IMG/VR virus record: IMGVR_UViG_3300005529_000024
Location: 110,396-174,395 of that record
Origin: a virus
Reading direction: 5' to 3' (one strand)
DNA: 64,000 nt
Under the pieces are notes generated by a model. It did no database searches. It worked only from the letters and a program-made list of their open reading frames with translations, and was not told the DNA's origin. A program made the translations under genes and the position numbers. Positions 20,704 through 30,730 of this stretch are shown one piece after another (position 1 is the stretch's first letter; each line of letters opens with the position of its first letter).

Positions 20704-21319
20704 AATCCGACTTGGAGGGCAGAATGAGAGAAAAACCAGAATACGCCAAAGAAGAGCACTTCGAATTTCTGAATGAGCTTAGACTTTCAGGCAAAGTCAA
20801 CATGTTTGGTGCTCGCCCTAACCTGATGCGGAAGTTTCCCTATCTCAACGGGGATCAAGCCCTTGACATTCTGACTTACTGGATGGAAACCTTTTAACTC
20901 GATTGGAGGTATCCAATGTATCATGAAGAAAAGGTGATCTGTGGGGTTTTGCATTGGCGTGGAACTCCAGATGGAGAATGGCATGTCTATTCTGCTGAGC
21001 AGTTGACATCAAGGATCTTGGAACTTAAAAAGGAGCTTGCGAGTAAGGAGGAACATGAAAACTCTTATGTTGTATGAATCTTTTTTAGAATCAGCTAGAT
21101 TCTATCTCCTTGATGGCGATTACTCCAGATTCGATAAGATCTACATCAACGATTCTGGCTGTGATGAAGCTCTCTGCGATGAACTGAGCAACTTTATGTT
21201 TGATGATGTCCTGATTGAAGAGAATCACAAGCCTATTCAGTTTGGTCCGGATGTTAAGTTTGATATCTTCGTACAGTGTGGCATTCTACCTTAATGATAA
21301 AGATTTTTTAAAAAAGTAC

Positions 21320-21348
21320 TTGACAAATTTATAAGATCCTGCTATACT
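21320..21348 (+). promoter_or_regulatory. sigma70-type promoter for the Y RNA array
   Basis: TTGACA-N17-TATACT, 16 nt upstream of unit 1. Confidence 0.85.
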
Positions 21349-21364
21349 ATAAAAAGTTTAAGAT

Positions 21365-21428
21365 TTGGTGGGTCGGAGTCAATGGGTTATCTTGGATAAT
21401 ACCCCATGACGAAAAAATTATCCACCAA
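21365..21428 (+). ncRNA. Y RNA-like unit 1 (minimal)
   Basis: TTGGTGG/CCACCAA terminal stem, GGGTCG paired with TTATCC (bulged C), inner stem GTCAATGGG/CCCATGAC followed by TTATC. Confidence 0.8.
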
Positions 21429-21434
21429 TAGGTT

Positions 21435-21509
21435 AGATGGGTCGCTGTTGATGGGTTATCAAACATATTATATTGATTAATCTCCCATTGACGACAAAAT
21501 TATCCATCT
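21435..21509 (+). ncRNA. Y RNA-like unit 2 (minimal)
   Basis: AGATGG/CCATCT terminal stem, GGGTCG/TTATCC, inner stem GTTGATGGG/CCCATTGAC then TTATC. Confidence 0.8.
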
Positions 21510-21515
21510 TTAAAT

Positions 21516-21644
21516 ATGTGGGTCGATTTTCAGTTGGTTATCGAATTTGAATCGAGAGACATGGGTTCGAATCCCATACGCTAGTTATGCTGGCGTTAGC
21601 TTAGTGGATAGAGCACTTTCCGACTGATACTAACTTATCCACAT
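21516..21644 (+). ncRNA. yrlA: YrlA-type Y RNA with circularly permuted tRNA-like domain (unit 3)
   Basis: ATGTGG/CCACAT, GGGTCG/TTATCC, TCAGTTGG/CCGACTGA; inside: T arm ATGGG-TTCGAAT-CCCAT, loop-closed 7-bp acceptor ACGCTAG/CTGGCGT, TA, D arm GCTT-AGTGGATA-GAGC. Confidence 0.9.
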
Positions 21645-21658
21645 TTAATTTAACAATT

Positions 21659-21724
21659 TAGCGGGTCGCCATTAGTCGATTATCGCCTGGAAAAATATTT
21701 CGATTAATACATACTAATCCGCTA
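21659..21724 (+). ncRNA. Y RNA-like unit 4 (minimal)
   Basis: TAGCGG/CCGCTA terminal stem, GGGTCG/TAATCC, inner stem ATTAGTCGA/TCGATTAAT then TTATC. Confidence 0.75.
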
Positions 21725-21733
21725 TTAAAAATC

Positions 21734-21840
21734 CCTAAGCTCAGTCGCTAAGCGTCTGAGAGGGTCGCCAAGCGTCCCGTCTTAGGTGAGATCCCGCATC
21801 CATGATAATATCTGCCCATATTGTCTGGATACCACCTCCT
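21734..21840 (+). ncRNA. Unassigned structured element after the Y RNA array (also contains CCTA-N14-GCGTCT at 21734-21757)
   Basis: Twin hairpins with repeated GTCGCYAAGCGTC enclosed by CCTAAG/CTTAGG; then a 13-bp hairpin followed by ACCACCTCCT. Confidence 0.45.
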
Positions 21841-21841
21841 C

Positions 21842-21883
21842 AAAATGGCATGATGGCCTATAAAGCTGTCATGCCATTTTTCT
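21842..21883 (+). terminator. Intrinsic terminator closing the ncRNA cluster
   Basis: AAAATGGCATGATGGC/GCTGTCATGCCATTTT 16-bp stem plus T run. Confidence 0.85.
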
Positions 21884-21967
21884 GTCTTTTTTCCGAAATT
21901 CTTATAAAAATCTTTATTCTTTACCAATTAATTTACCAAATAAGCTGGTTTTTAGTCTCCTTCTCTA

Positions 21968-21995
21968 TTGACAAAATAAATAATACTGATATAAT
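21968..21995 (+). promoter_or_regulatory. sigma70-type early promoter (conserved spacer class)
   Basis: TTGACA-AAATAAATAATACTGA-TATAAT. Confidence 0.8.
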
Positions 21996-23368
21996 AATAG
22001 TTAATTAGACAATAAGCGGAGGGAGAAAATGAAAAAATACTGGCCGAGTCAATTAAAACCTGGAGATTCCTTTGATTATGATGGGGCGCGGTTCATTGTA
22101 ATCAGCACACACCAACGCCCCTTCAATTTTTGGGAGGTCGTTGTCACGAATCGTTTAATGGGCGGTACTAAGTCGGTTTGGCTGAAAACGACTGAACAAG
22201 TTGTGGATGAGCATTATGATGAAGTTACCAAAGCTCCTTCACAGGGTAGATAAAAATGATTGCATATCTGACAGATGGCAAAGAGATTTTCAAAGCAGAA
22301 ATAATTAAATCCATAGATGAACTAAAGGAATTAAATAAACATTCTAAAAAGTCTACTGATGGAAATCTTTTTTGGGTAACAAGGAAGGATTTCAAATAAT
22401 AATGGAGGGTTCGAACATGAAATTCTGTGAGACAAATCCATCTGGAAAAGTCTGTGATATCTGCAAGGGAAATAGAAATCAAATGGATATGCACCTCGAA
22501 CCTTTCTGTAACTTTTGTGCAATCGCAATCTGGGACTTTTATTACAATCATGGTGGAAACATTGCTGATGCCGTAGAAGCTATCTACCAACAACGATATA
22601 ACCTGTACAGTGATGGCATTATAAACTTTTAAAAGCGGAGGGAGAGATGATTACTCAAGGTAAAAATGAAAGCCGGTTACTGTATCTTCTGCGGGTTGCT
22701 ACCGTCTATATTGAGGCGCACCCGGACTACGAAGTTGATTATGATGAGACAACTTGTGATGGGTATTGTCTGGCTGATGAGCTTCGTAACGAAATTGGGG
22801 AATTGCAGAGAAAGTCTGACACAATGCAATGTCCAGAATGTTTCTTTACGTTCAAACAAAGTTAAGGAAGGGGTATGCCATGGCAGAGCCAATTAAAAAC
22901 GAGGAATCAAGCCTGTATCAACGATGTAACTTTCAGGAGACCACATACTTTAAATCCGTTGATGCTCTCACTATTATAGAGGTCCTTATCAAGGAAGTTG
23001 AGAATCTCCCAACCGAAATGAAGAGGGCAACTGAATATTATGAGCATGCTGAGCCGGATGAACGTGAGGGAAAGCATCCTTATTTCGATGCAGAAGAAAA
23101 GATTGATCAGTTGACCATGAAGCTTAAGGAAGCTAAAAAAGAGATACAAATCCTGCGGATCTGTGGAGATTAAGGGGGTTGAGATGACTGAAAATGAGGC
23201 ATACGAGGAGAAGCGCCGACAAGCTATTGACAATCTTAAGAAGTTAGGGTTAAAATCAATCCCACTTTCTGTTGCAGCTACTGTGCTTCCAATCATCCCA
23301 GAATGGGAAAAATTCCAGAAAAAGAGGAAAAGAAAGAAGAAAAAGACTAAGTAATATCCCTTTGGCTA

Positions 23369-23396
23369 TTGACAAAACAGATAATACTGATATACT
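23369..23396 (+). promoter_or_regulatory. sigma70-type early promoter (conserved spacer class)
   Basis: TTGACA-AAACAGATAATACTGA-TATACT. Confidence 0.8.
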
Positions 23397-25689
23397 ATAG
23401 TTAAAACAACGAGGGCTTAATATGGGTTACAACTTCGAAAAATCAGATTGTGACAACTGCGGGGTTACTCAGAAGGAGCTTGATAAGGAGCCGTCGAAAT
23501 ATGGGGTTTGTCCTGATCGGCAGAATTATCTGACCGAGAGAACTGGAGGATATGATACTTCTTTACATTTGTCCGCTGATGGTGGGGTCTTATGTCCTAA
23601 GTGTCATCGTGAGAAGGAAATTGGCCGTATTTTCTCTAGCAGATAGGAGACACAATGAACACCGATTATGTGCTATTCGGAGATGTCGCTAGAAAGCAAC
23701 TAGGAATGCAAGCTCAGTATGCTTCCCGTTATGTCGATGGCAGATTCGGTTGTGCAAATCTAGGAAAAGATCTTAGATTCCTAGGTGATGTAGATGACTA
23801 TCATTCTCTTCAAATCCATAAAGATGACGTGTCTGAATTCGTTAAGAGATTCAAAGGAATAAGGAGATCAACCAATGGACATTAAAGGAGAAAGCGCATA
23901 CTGCCCTTCATGCAACGAAGAATTTTATGATCGTTACGATCTCCGCATGCATGAAAGATTTCACTGGAACCATGAGTTATTCCCGACATGGGAAGCGTAC
24001 ATTAATCAGATGCTGCCACACAAAGATGCAAAAGCCCTTGTTAACAATCTGGTGTTGTTAACTCGTAAGCAATGGTTTCTCTGCTTCCTTCCTGAGAAGC
24101 GTAAATATGCTGCCTGCAAAGCTTCCATGAAGCAGGAATACTTGCAAAAAGGATATGTCTTCTTTCTCCCCTCTGAAGACAAAATGCAATCTCTTTTTAC
24201 TTATGCCTAAAATAACTGGAGGATAATGTATGTGTGATTATCGTGAAGCATGGAGTGGGAAATGTAAGAATGATGATGCACAGCGATGTTTTACCCACCA
24301 GGATAAGGTATGTATAGTCTGTGGTAATACCGCTACACATGACTGCGAGGAGACAGTCTGGGTTGTCTGTGGCTTTCCTTTGTGTGATGATTGCGAGCAT
24401 AGGATCTCTCCAGAGGGTGATAATGGTGGTACTGCTTATCTTGGAAAAAATGGGCATTGCCGAAAGAAGGAGCAGAAATATCTTCCATGGTATATGCGTG
24501 AAGATCCAGAAAAACCCTTTTCTGATATGTTGAAACTTCTGGTTGAGAAATGGAAGCGTGAACGAGGGATGGTCTAACTGAAACGACAAGGAGGAATATT
24601 ATGGATAAAAAATGGCGCGACTCGGAAATTGCGATGGTGTTGTCCTCGATACAGATTGATTTGGAGCGGGAATTATTTCAAGCTTTCGTTGATTCAAACG
24701 AACTTATGAAAGACATCCCGGCTTCCGACTTCCAGAAGGATGGTGTTATCAAGAAAGCACTGTCTTTGGCATTAAAGAGGGCATATCCAGATAGAGAGAT
24801 CAAGTTTGTCTAGACATCCAAGGAGGGAATGACAATGGCGATGGAGGCATACGGCGGGTTCAATATTTATGATGACTGTGATCAATGTAAGAGGAAATCA
24901 GAATTGTTTACTACACACTCTGACAACATATATCTCTGTCATGATTGTTTGGAAGATGTTTCTTGTGTAGCTCTCTCTAAGAGGGAGATCAGTACGATAT
25001 TTGCTGCACTTTCGTATTGGCAAAGTGGTATTGAAGTTGATGAAGAGGGGGTTTTAGATGTGTCTGTGCCTGAAGCACACGCACCTATTACCCTCAAAGA
25101 AATTAACCATCTTTATGAGAGGTTGATGCCATGAGAGAGATCTTAACTCCACCCGGATATCCGAGATGTTATATTTGCAGGGGACAATGCAGAACTCACA
25201 GGTATAATCCTTGTTTTAAATGCCAAGGATTGGGATTCCTGTTAGCCAAACAGCTTAAAAAGAGGATCGATGCAGTTTTTTACGCGCAACTGTTAAAGGA
25301 TCAAGCGCCAATTATTGCTGCAATAAGACTTGCAAAAGCCAACAAACGGGCGTTAAAAAAGGTGCAACATGAAAAATACAGAAGCTGAATTCGAGAGTAA
25401 TATAGTTTATTTCCTGCTTGGAATGTTTGATCCAGAATATCAGAAAGAGTTTGGATCAAAATATAGTAAAAAGATTGACGATTATTTGGAAAGAAGGAGA
25501 AATCTAAAAACATGAAACGTGCGAGCTATAGAGAGGGTATCGAGATTATTGCTTTAAATGATGAGCCTACAATTTTGGATGTTGAAGAGATGATCGGCTT
25601 TCCATCTGTTATGCTGCTGGCTGAGTTATTCGGTGTAACTCAGGAGAAAGTTGCCGGAGATATTATCAAGTTTCGGAGGAGACAGTCAG

Positions 25690-26145
25690 ATGATTCTGAA
25701 AGAAGCTGAGTATTTGGCTTTGGACCTGTTAATTAAACATCAATTAAACATGAAGGGCTGGCGCTTTAAATTTGACCGGGCAAAGAATCGCATGGGTCTA
25801 TGTCGATACGGTCATAAGTGTATCTCCCTTTCCAGAGTCTTAACCTTTAAAGCTTCTGAAAAAGAGGTGGAGGATACATTATTGCATGAAATAGCGCATG
25901 CATTAGTGGGTCCTGGATTCGGTCATGGAAAAGTGTGGAAGCAAATGGCGCGTAAAATTGGCTGTTCTGCTGAAAGATGTCATAACGTTAAAATTACATA
26001 CAAGTATATTCTTCGTTGTGAAAAATGTGGGAAAGTAACAGGTAAGCGTAATAGAAGGAAGAACCTTGTTCATATATCTTGCGGTGGGCGTATTTTGTAC
26101 TTTCCTTATATTCCAGACAGTGAAGAAAATGTGTTGACAAAATAA
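25690..26145 (+). CDS. SprT-like zinc metalloprotease
   Basis: TLLHEIAH...HGKVWK, C-terminal Cys cluster; likely start MILKE (ORF track 25651). Confidence 0.8.
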   Translation: MILKEAEYLALDLLIKHQLNMKGWRFKFDRAKNRMGLCRYGHKCISLSRVLTFKASEKEVEDTLLHEIAHALVGPGFGHGKVWKQMARKIGCSAERCHNVKITYKYILRCEKCGKVTGKRNRRKNLVHISCGGRILYFPYIPDSEENVLTK

Positions 26146-26161
26146 ACAATGCTGCTATACT
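26134..26161 (+). promoter_or_regulatory. sigma70-type early promoter (conserved spacer class)
   Basis: TTGACA-AAATAAACAATGCTGC-TATACT. Confidence 0.8.
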
Positions 26162-26514
26162 TATAGTTAATTAAATAGGGAGGTTACAATGATCCTGGCA
26201 ATTGTCGATAGTCTTAGGTTCAAAGAGAATAAACTCACTCAGACAGTCCATTATTACGAGAACTGTAAAAGGCTTGAGTTTACCTATTTTCTAGAAAGAC
26301 AAGGCTCTCTTCCAGCAGTAATAGCAGATACAAAGGAAGAAGCTATCGAAAAGCTGAGGGAAGCTATCAAGAATTATCTATCAACTTGCGTGTGGGGTAA
26401 ACCAAATGCAAAAGATTTCGTGTTCTCTATCAGGTATGATTTTACATTAAAGAATCTTATCAACTTTCCACCTTCCTGCGTATCGCCTGAGATCGAACTC
26501 GAACCTGTTGAATA

Positions 26515-26904
26515 ATGGAGTTAACAAAATTGGACATCTACCTTGACGATACAAGAGAACCTTTGGGAGAAGGTGTTGTATGGGTGACAAATTTTAGACA
26601 AGCTGCACGATTATTGTCTACTGGTAATGTCGAGTCCATATCATTAGATTATGACTTGAGCTACCAACCACTCTGTAGGGTTTGTCTCGTTAAATGTAGC
26701 TTTGAATGCGATTGTGACTGTCACAGTGAGCCGGGAACTGGTCTTGACGTAGTAGAACACATGATAAAGACTAATATCTGGCCATTAAGAATCTATATCC
26801 ATTCTAGCTCCCCAAAAGGTAGGGATCTCATGTTTGATAAGATCCTGTTACACGGACCATATAAAAAACATGATAGATTAAGGATGTATTTCGAATGCCC
26901 TTGA
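26515..26904 (+). CDS. Cyclic-phosphate-processing receiver-like domain protein
   Basis: YLDDTREP, ISLDYDL, GTGLDV, IHSSSPKG pattern. Confidence 0.7.
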   Translation: MELTKLDIYLDDTREPLGEGVVWVTNFRQAARLLSTGNVESISLDYDLSYQPLCRVCLVKCSFECDCDCHSEPGTGLDVVEHMIKTNIWPLRIYIHSSSPKGRDLMFDKILLHGPYKKHDRLRMYFECP

Positions 26905-26928
26905 CAAAACAAATAATACTGGTATACT
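26901..26928 (+). promoter_or_regulatory. sigma70-type early promoter (conserved spacer class)
   Basis: TTGACA-AAACAAATAATACTGG-TATACT. Confidence 0.8.
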
Positions 26929-27653
26929 AATAGTTAATTAGACAACAAACCAGGGAGTGGACAATGGATAACCTGAATGATTTAGAGAAAGCGTTAGCTG
27001 GCGGTAGAGGAGATGTCGATTTTTATCTTGGGAACGTCACTGTCGATGAATTTATTAAACACATCGAAGAGATCAAAAAGAAAGCTGCATTAACTACCGA
27101 TGCAGGTGTTCTTAAGGCGAAGATTTTAGAATTATTTAACAACGAAAAATAATCGGTAGTAAAAGATCTGCTACAGGGGATAACGAAAAATGGATAACTT
27201 CCAGGAAAAGTTTTTTAAAACCTTCAAAGGTGAATGTTTCGGTATCGGGCTATATGAGGATGATGGCTATATCCTCTTTAAAGTGATCGTGGAAGATGAT
27301 GGTAACTGGTTTGAATCAACAAATGGTGGGAGCGGTTACTGGCTAGAAGATTTGATGGAGGAAATGTCTGCTGCTCAGCGATATCTAGCACTCGAATGTA
27401 TCAGGGATGATGGTGGATTTAAAAGAAAACAATAAACACTGGAGATGACAAAATGAAGAATTTTAAATGGACCATCGAAATTGAAGTCTCTGAGACTTGG
27501 GTTCGGGATGGATTCAACCTTGATAAGGGCGGCATCACTCACATGTTATCAAGTCTCTTACCGTTTGCTTATGAACATGAGTTTAGCGGCAAAATAATCT
27601 CTGCTCCAGATCCGAAAGAAATCGAAAAAGCACAGTCATAGGAGGGTTTACAG

Positions 27654-28088
27654 ATGAAACCAATTATGCTGATGATTCTTGTGATCTTGGTATCAGGTTG
27701 TGGAAATGATTCCAATAATGCGCCTGCAACTGCTGTGTCGGCAGGTGGAGCATATTTCGATTCCTCTGTATACACAATGCTGGACAACGTTTTCGAAGAT
27801 GTCAAGAAATGCATGGCTGATGAGGGTTTTCCTTCCGACAAGGGAAGCACAGCAGATTTGACTATTGTTATGATGTGGGGTGATACCTTTGATTGTGTTG
27901 ATCCAGTTACGAATAAACCAACTAGATGTACTGGAGAGTTTATTTCACAAGGCGCGATAATCAAAGTCACTCACACATTTGAATCTGTCCGGCATGAGTA
28001 CATTCACTTCTTGCTGGAGAAGAATACAGGAGATCTAGATCCGGCGCACAAACATGCTACTCTCTTTCAGCATTGTCAGGTAAGGTAG
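27654..28088 (+). CDS. Lipoprotein with HExxH motif (possible zincin peptidase)
   Basis: Signal peptide with LVSGC lipobox; RHEYIH...H. Confidence 0.5.
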   Translation: MKPIMLMILVILVSGCGNDSNNAPATAVSAGGAYFDSSVYTMLDNVFEDVKKCMADEGFPSDKGSTADLTIVMMWGDTFDCVDPVTNKPTRCTGEFISQGAIIKVTHTFESVRHEYIHFLLEKNTGDLDPAHKHATLFQHCQVR

Positions 28089-28121
28089 CATAAAATATTT
28101 TCAAAAATTCTAACTTTACTA

Positions 28122-28150
28122 TTGACAAACCAGATTCACCCTGGTATATT
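28122..28150 (+). promoter_or_regulatory. sigma70-type promoter
   Basis: TTGACA-N17-TATATT with extended TG. Confidence 0.65.
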
Positions 28151-29519
28151 GGAGGTCAATAATGAATGTATCAGAAAAGAGTTATCCAGGATTAAAGAGG
28201 TATATCACAGATAAATGTTACTGCTCCCATGAAAGACAGATGCATGGTGTTGTTGGTTCTATAGTTAATGGGACCAAGTGTAACATATCAAACTGTTACT
28301 GCAATAATTTCAAGCTGAAGGAGAATCATGCCGTACATAGCACAAGATAGAAGAAGGGCGATTGTCAAGAAAGCCTACCTTGATATGACAGAGATTGATA
28401 AGGCAGGAGAGTTGAACTATGCCATTACTATATTGATTCAGCAGTATAGTCATAACAAAGGTAAACTGTCGTATCAAACTATCAATGATATCATCGGTGC
28501 TCTCGAAGGGGTGAAGCAGGAATTTTATAGGCGTGTCGCTGTTCCTTACGAGGAAGCGAAGATCAAAGAGAATGGAGAAGTCTACTGGAACACGTATTCC
28601 CCTGATGAGGAATAAGGTCAAATGACCAAACTTAGCAACAATCATTGGATTTTAGAAGACTATGTACAGCGTATGCCTGTGTGTGACTGGAAGAAGCTTT
28701 TAATGCAGGGGCAAGACCGCATAATTTTTTATGGTAGGATGCGTACCCTTAAAGCTAAAAATGTGGGGTACGGTATTGTGGATGTTTATAAAAGCAAGGA
28801 GGAGTGATTATGAAGATCGGATTTCGCACCTTTAAACTCATTCACATGCGTTCTTTTAGCTTTGATGTCTTTCATTTCGATGATATGACGATACTTTCAG
28901 CAATATTTTGGAACCGTAGTTTTAGCATTGACATTGGACTTAAATAGGAGAAATAAAAAATGAAGGGACCCAAGAAGTTAAAAAAGCGTTCTGAACGGTC
29001 ATTTAACAATCGCAAACGTGAGCAGGATCGGCTTAAGAAACTACTCCGAAAGGCTTTGAAGCGTAAACGTGTTCTTCAGGCGCAAAGCAATACAGAGCTT
29101 TTAGATAAGACTCTTAACCAGATTCAGCACCTTGAGAACCAGCTTCGATTTAGTAAGTCTGTCTCGGACGATAAGACAGTCACGCTCTTTGATCATGAAG
29201 AGGCGCTTCCATTAGCATTAGCGTTAGCGGGTAAACTGTGAGATGGCAACATACTGGTGCGGTGAGCATTTCAGACCTTTTGAGAATGATTTAAATATTG
29301 ACGCATTACGGGCAACTGAAATGCTTGTTGCGAAGGTATTAACAAATGAAAAATTTCTCACTACTTTCAATCTGGAGATTGAGCATTTAAAAAGTATACC
29401 AATCCTTACTGTTAGGGAGAAGCTTATACAGGTAACACCTATATGCTGTTTTGTTGGTGATGATATTGTAAGAAGTGTGTTCGAAGCGTGTAAATCTGAA
29501 TATAAACAGGAGTGACAAC

Positions 29520-29939
29520 ATGAAATTAAAAACTTTTTTATTCGCAGTTTTAACCGTTCTTTTCTTCCTGACACCTTTAGCTCATAGTAAGGATCTTCCT
29601 GAAACTGTCGAGATCCGAGATCTTTTAGATCATAGCGAACGGTATGATGGGAAGCGTGTAATTGTCTTCGGTACTCTGCGTGGTCTTCCCGTTCGTAAGA
29701 GTCGGTCTGGTATACCATTGTATGAATTCGAGGTTCGAGATCCAAAGGATACATCATCTGAACATAGCGGCATTACAATTGTGTTAAATGATGATTCAAA
29801 CACGGATAAGAAATTTAAAGTAGATGAGAATGTTATCGTGCAGGGTGTCTTTCATAGCAACTTGTTCCAAGGCGGTCTTCCTTTTTATTCTGCCATTCTC
29901 GTTGAAATCTTGTCAAAAGATGTTGGGGCTTCCAAATGA
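29520..29939 (+). CDS. Exported OB-fold-like protein
   Basis: Signal peptide; YDGKRVIVFG...VIVQGVF beta pattern. Confidence 0.45.
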   Translation: MKLKTFLFAVLTVLFFLTPLAHSKDLPETVEIRDLLDHSERYDGKRVIVFGTLRGLPVRKSRSGIPLYEFEVRDPKDTSSEHSGITIVLNDDSNTDKKFKVDENVIVQGVFHSNLFQGGLPFYSAILVEILSKDVGASK

Positions 29940-30658
29940 AGAACTTTATAATCGCTTGTTTAATTTTGTTGGTTACTACAGCAACGAGTTTTGCTTCTCC
30001 AATTCCAGGTGTCACGGATGAGGCATTCGATCTCGCACGTAGCGGATTTGGCCGTACACTTAAAAATCTGGATGAGTTTACCAGTAATAAAGAAAAGATG
30101 GTAGATACTCCATTGATTCTAAATGATGTTAAACTTGAATTCAAAAGTGTGAATGTAGAGTTTATCAAAGGTGAAGTTGCTTATGAGTTTACGATTATAA
30201 ATGTCGTAACTTTAACGAAAGAATCAATGGAGGTCGTAGCTACAACTCGAACACCAGAATATGGCGCTATGCCATTTCCTTTTAGTTCATTGAAGAATAG
30301 GTTAACCACAATTATCTTCGTCTATAGCTCGCTCGATAAGAAGATACATTTGGCTGGTGTTTCTCCATCAAGAAATGAAGGTAGCCTGTAATGTTGGCAA
30401 CATTAACAGATGGTCCATTAGTTGACAAAAAGATTGTTTTAGGTAATACTGTATCAGATCCACCAGTTGTTCTTGAATTCATAGCTGAGAATCAAGAGCG
30501 TGATGGTCATGGGAATGTGAGGTCAATAGGCGAGATTATCACATTGATCTATAAATTCATGTCTTTGGATTCTGAGATAACAGAGGATGGAGTATTAAAA
30601 GTTTGCAAGTATAGTTTCGAGACTTATGGTAGGCACGATATTTCTTAAGATATTTTAT

Positions 30659-30682
30659 CCTACCATATTGGATTAAGCGTCT
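30659..30682 (+). promoter_or_regulatory. Putative phage-specific promoter CCTA-N14-GCGTCT for the Ro60-RNA ligase operon
   Basis: Exact-spacing copy ending 48 nt upstream of the Ro60 ATG. Confidence 0.7.
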
Positions 30683-30691
30683 TGCGGGTGA

Positions 30692-30712
30692 AAGTGGGTC
30701 AATTATCTACTT
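30692..30712 (+). promoter_or_regulatory. Y-RNA-mimic hairpin in Ro60 mRNA leader (putative autoregulatory operator)
   Basis: AAGTGGGT-CAATT-ATCTACTT hairpin containing GGGTC and TTATC as in the Y RNA units, 5 nt before the AAGGAG SD. Confidence 0.6.
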
Positions 30713-30730
30713 AATAAAAGGAGAGATCAA

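Larger units (their letters stand above)
22029..30648 (+). other. Cluster of roughly 30 small, mostly hypothetical early-type genes
   Basis: Co-oriented 60-165 aa ORFs with strong SD sequences, punctuated by sigma70-like promoters. Confidence 0.8.

Noticed and set aside
21541-21615. Ordinary tRNA gene or tRNA pseudogene
   Set aside because: Arms are in permuted order (T, acceptor, D), the acceptor is loop-closed without CCA, and it is embedded in a Y RNA stem
21365-21724. Mini CRISPR array
   Set aside because: Conserved blocks are only 5-6 nt, unit lengths vary from 64 to 129 nt, each unit folds end-to-end, and there are no cas genes; Y RNA architecture explains it better
21748-21845. Minus-strand 23-codon peptide behind GAGGAGG
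   Set aside because: SD-to-ATG spacing is about 15 nt, no minus-strand promoter was found, and it opposes the uniform gene orientation
21802-22008. 68-aa ORF in the ORF track
   Set aside because: No SD; it runs through a terminator and the next promoter; low-complexity translation
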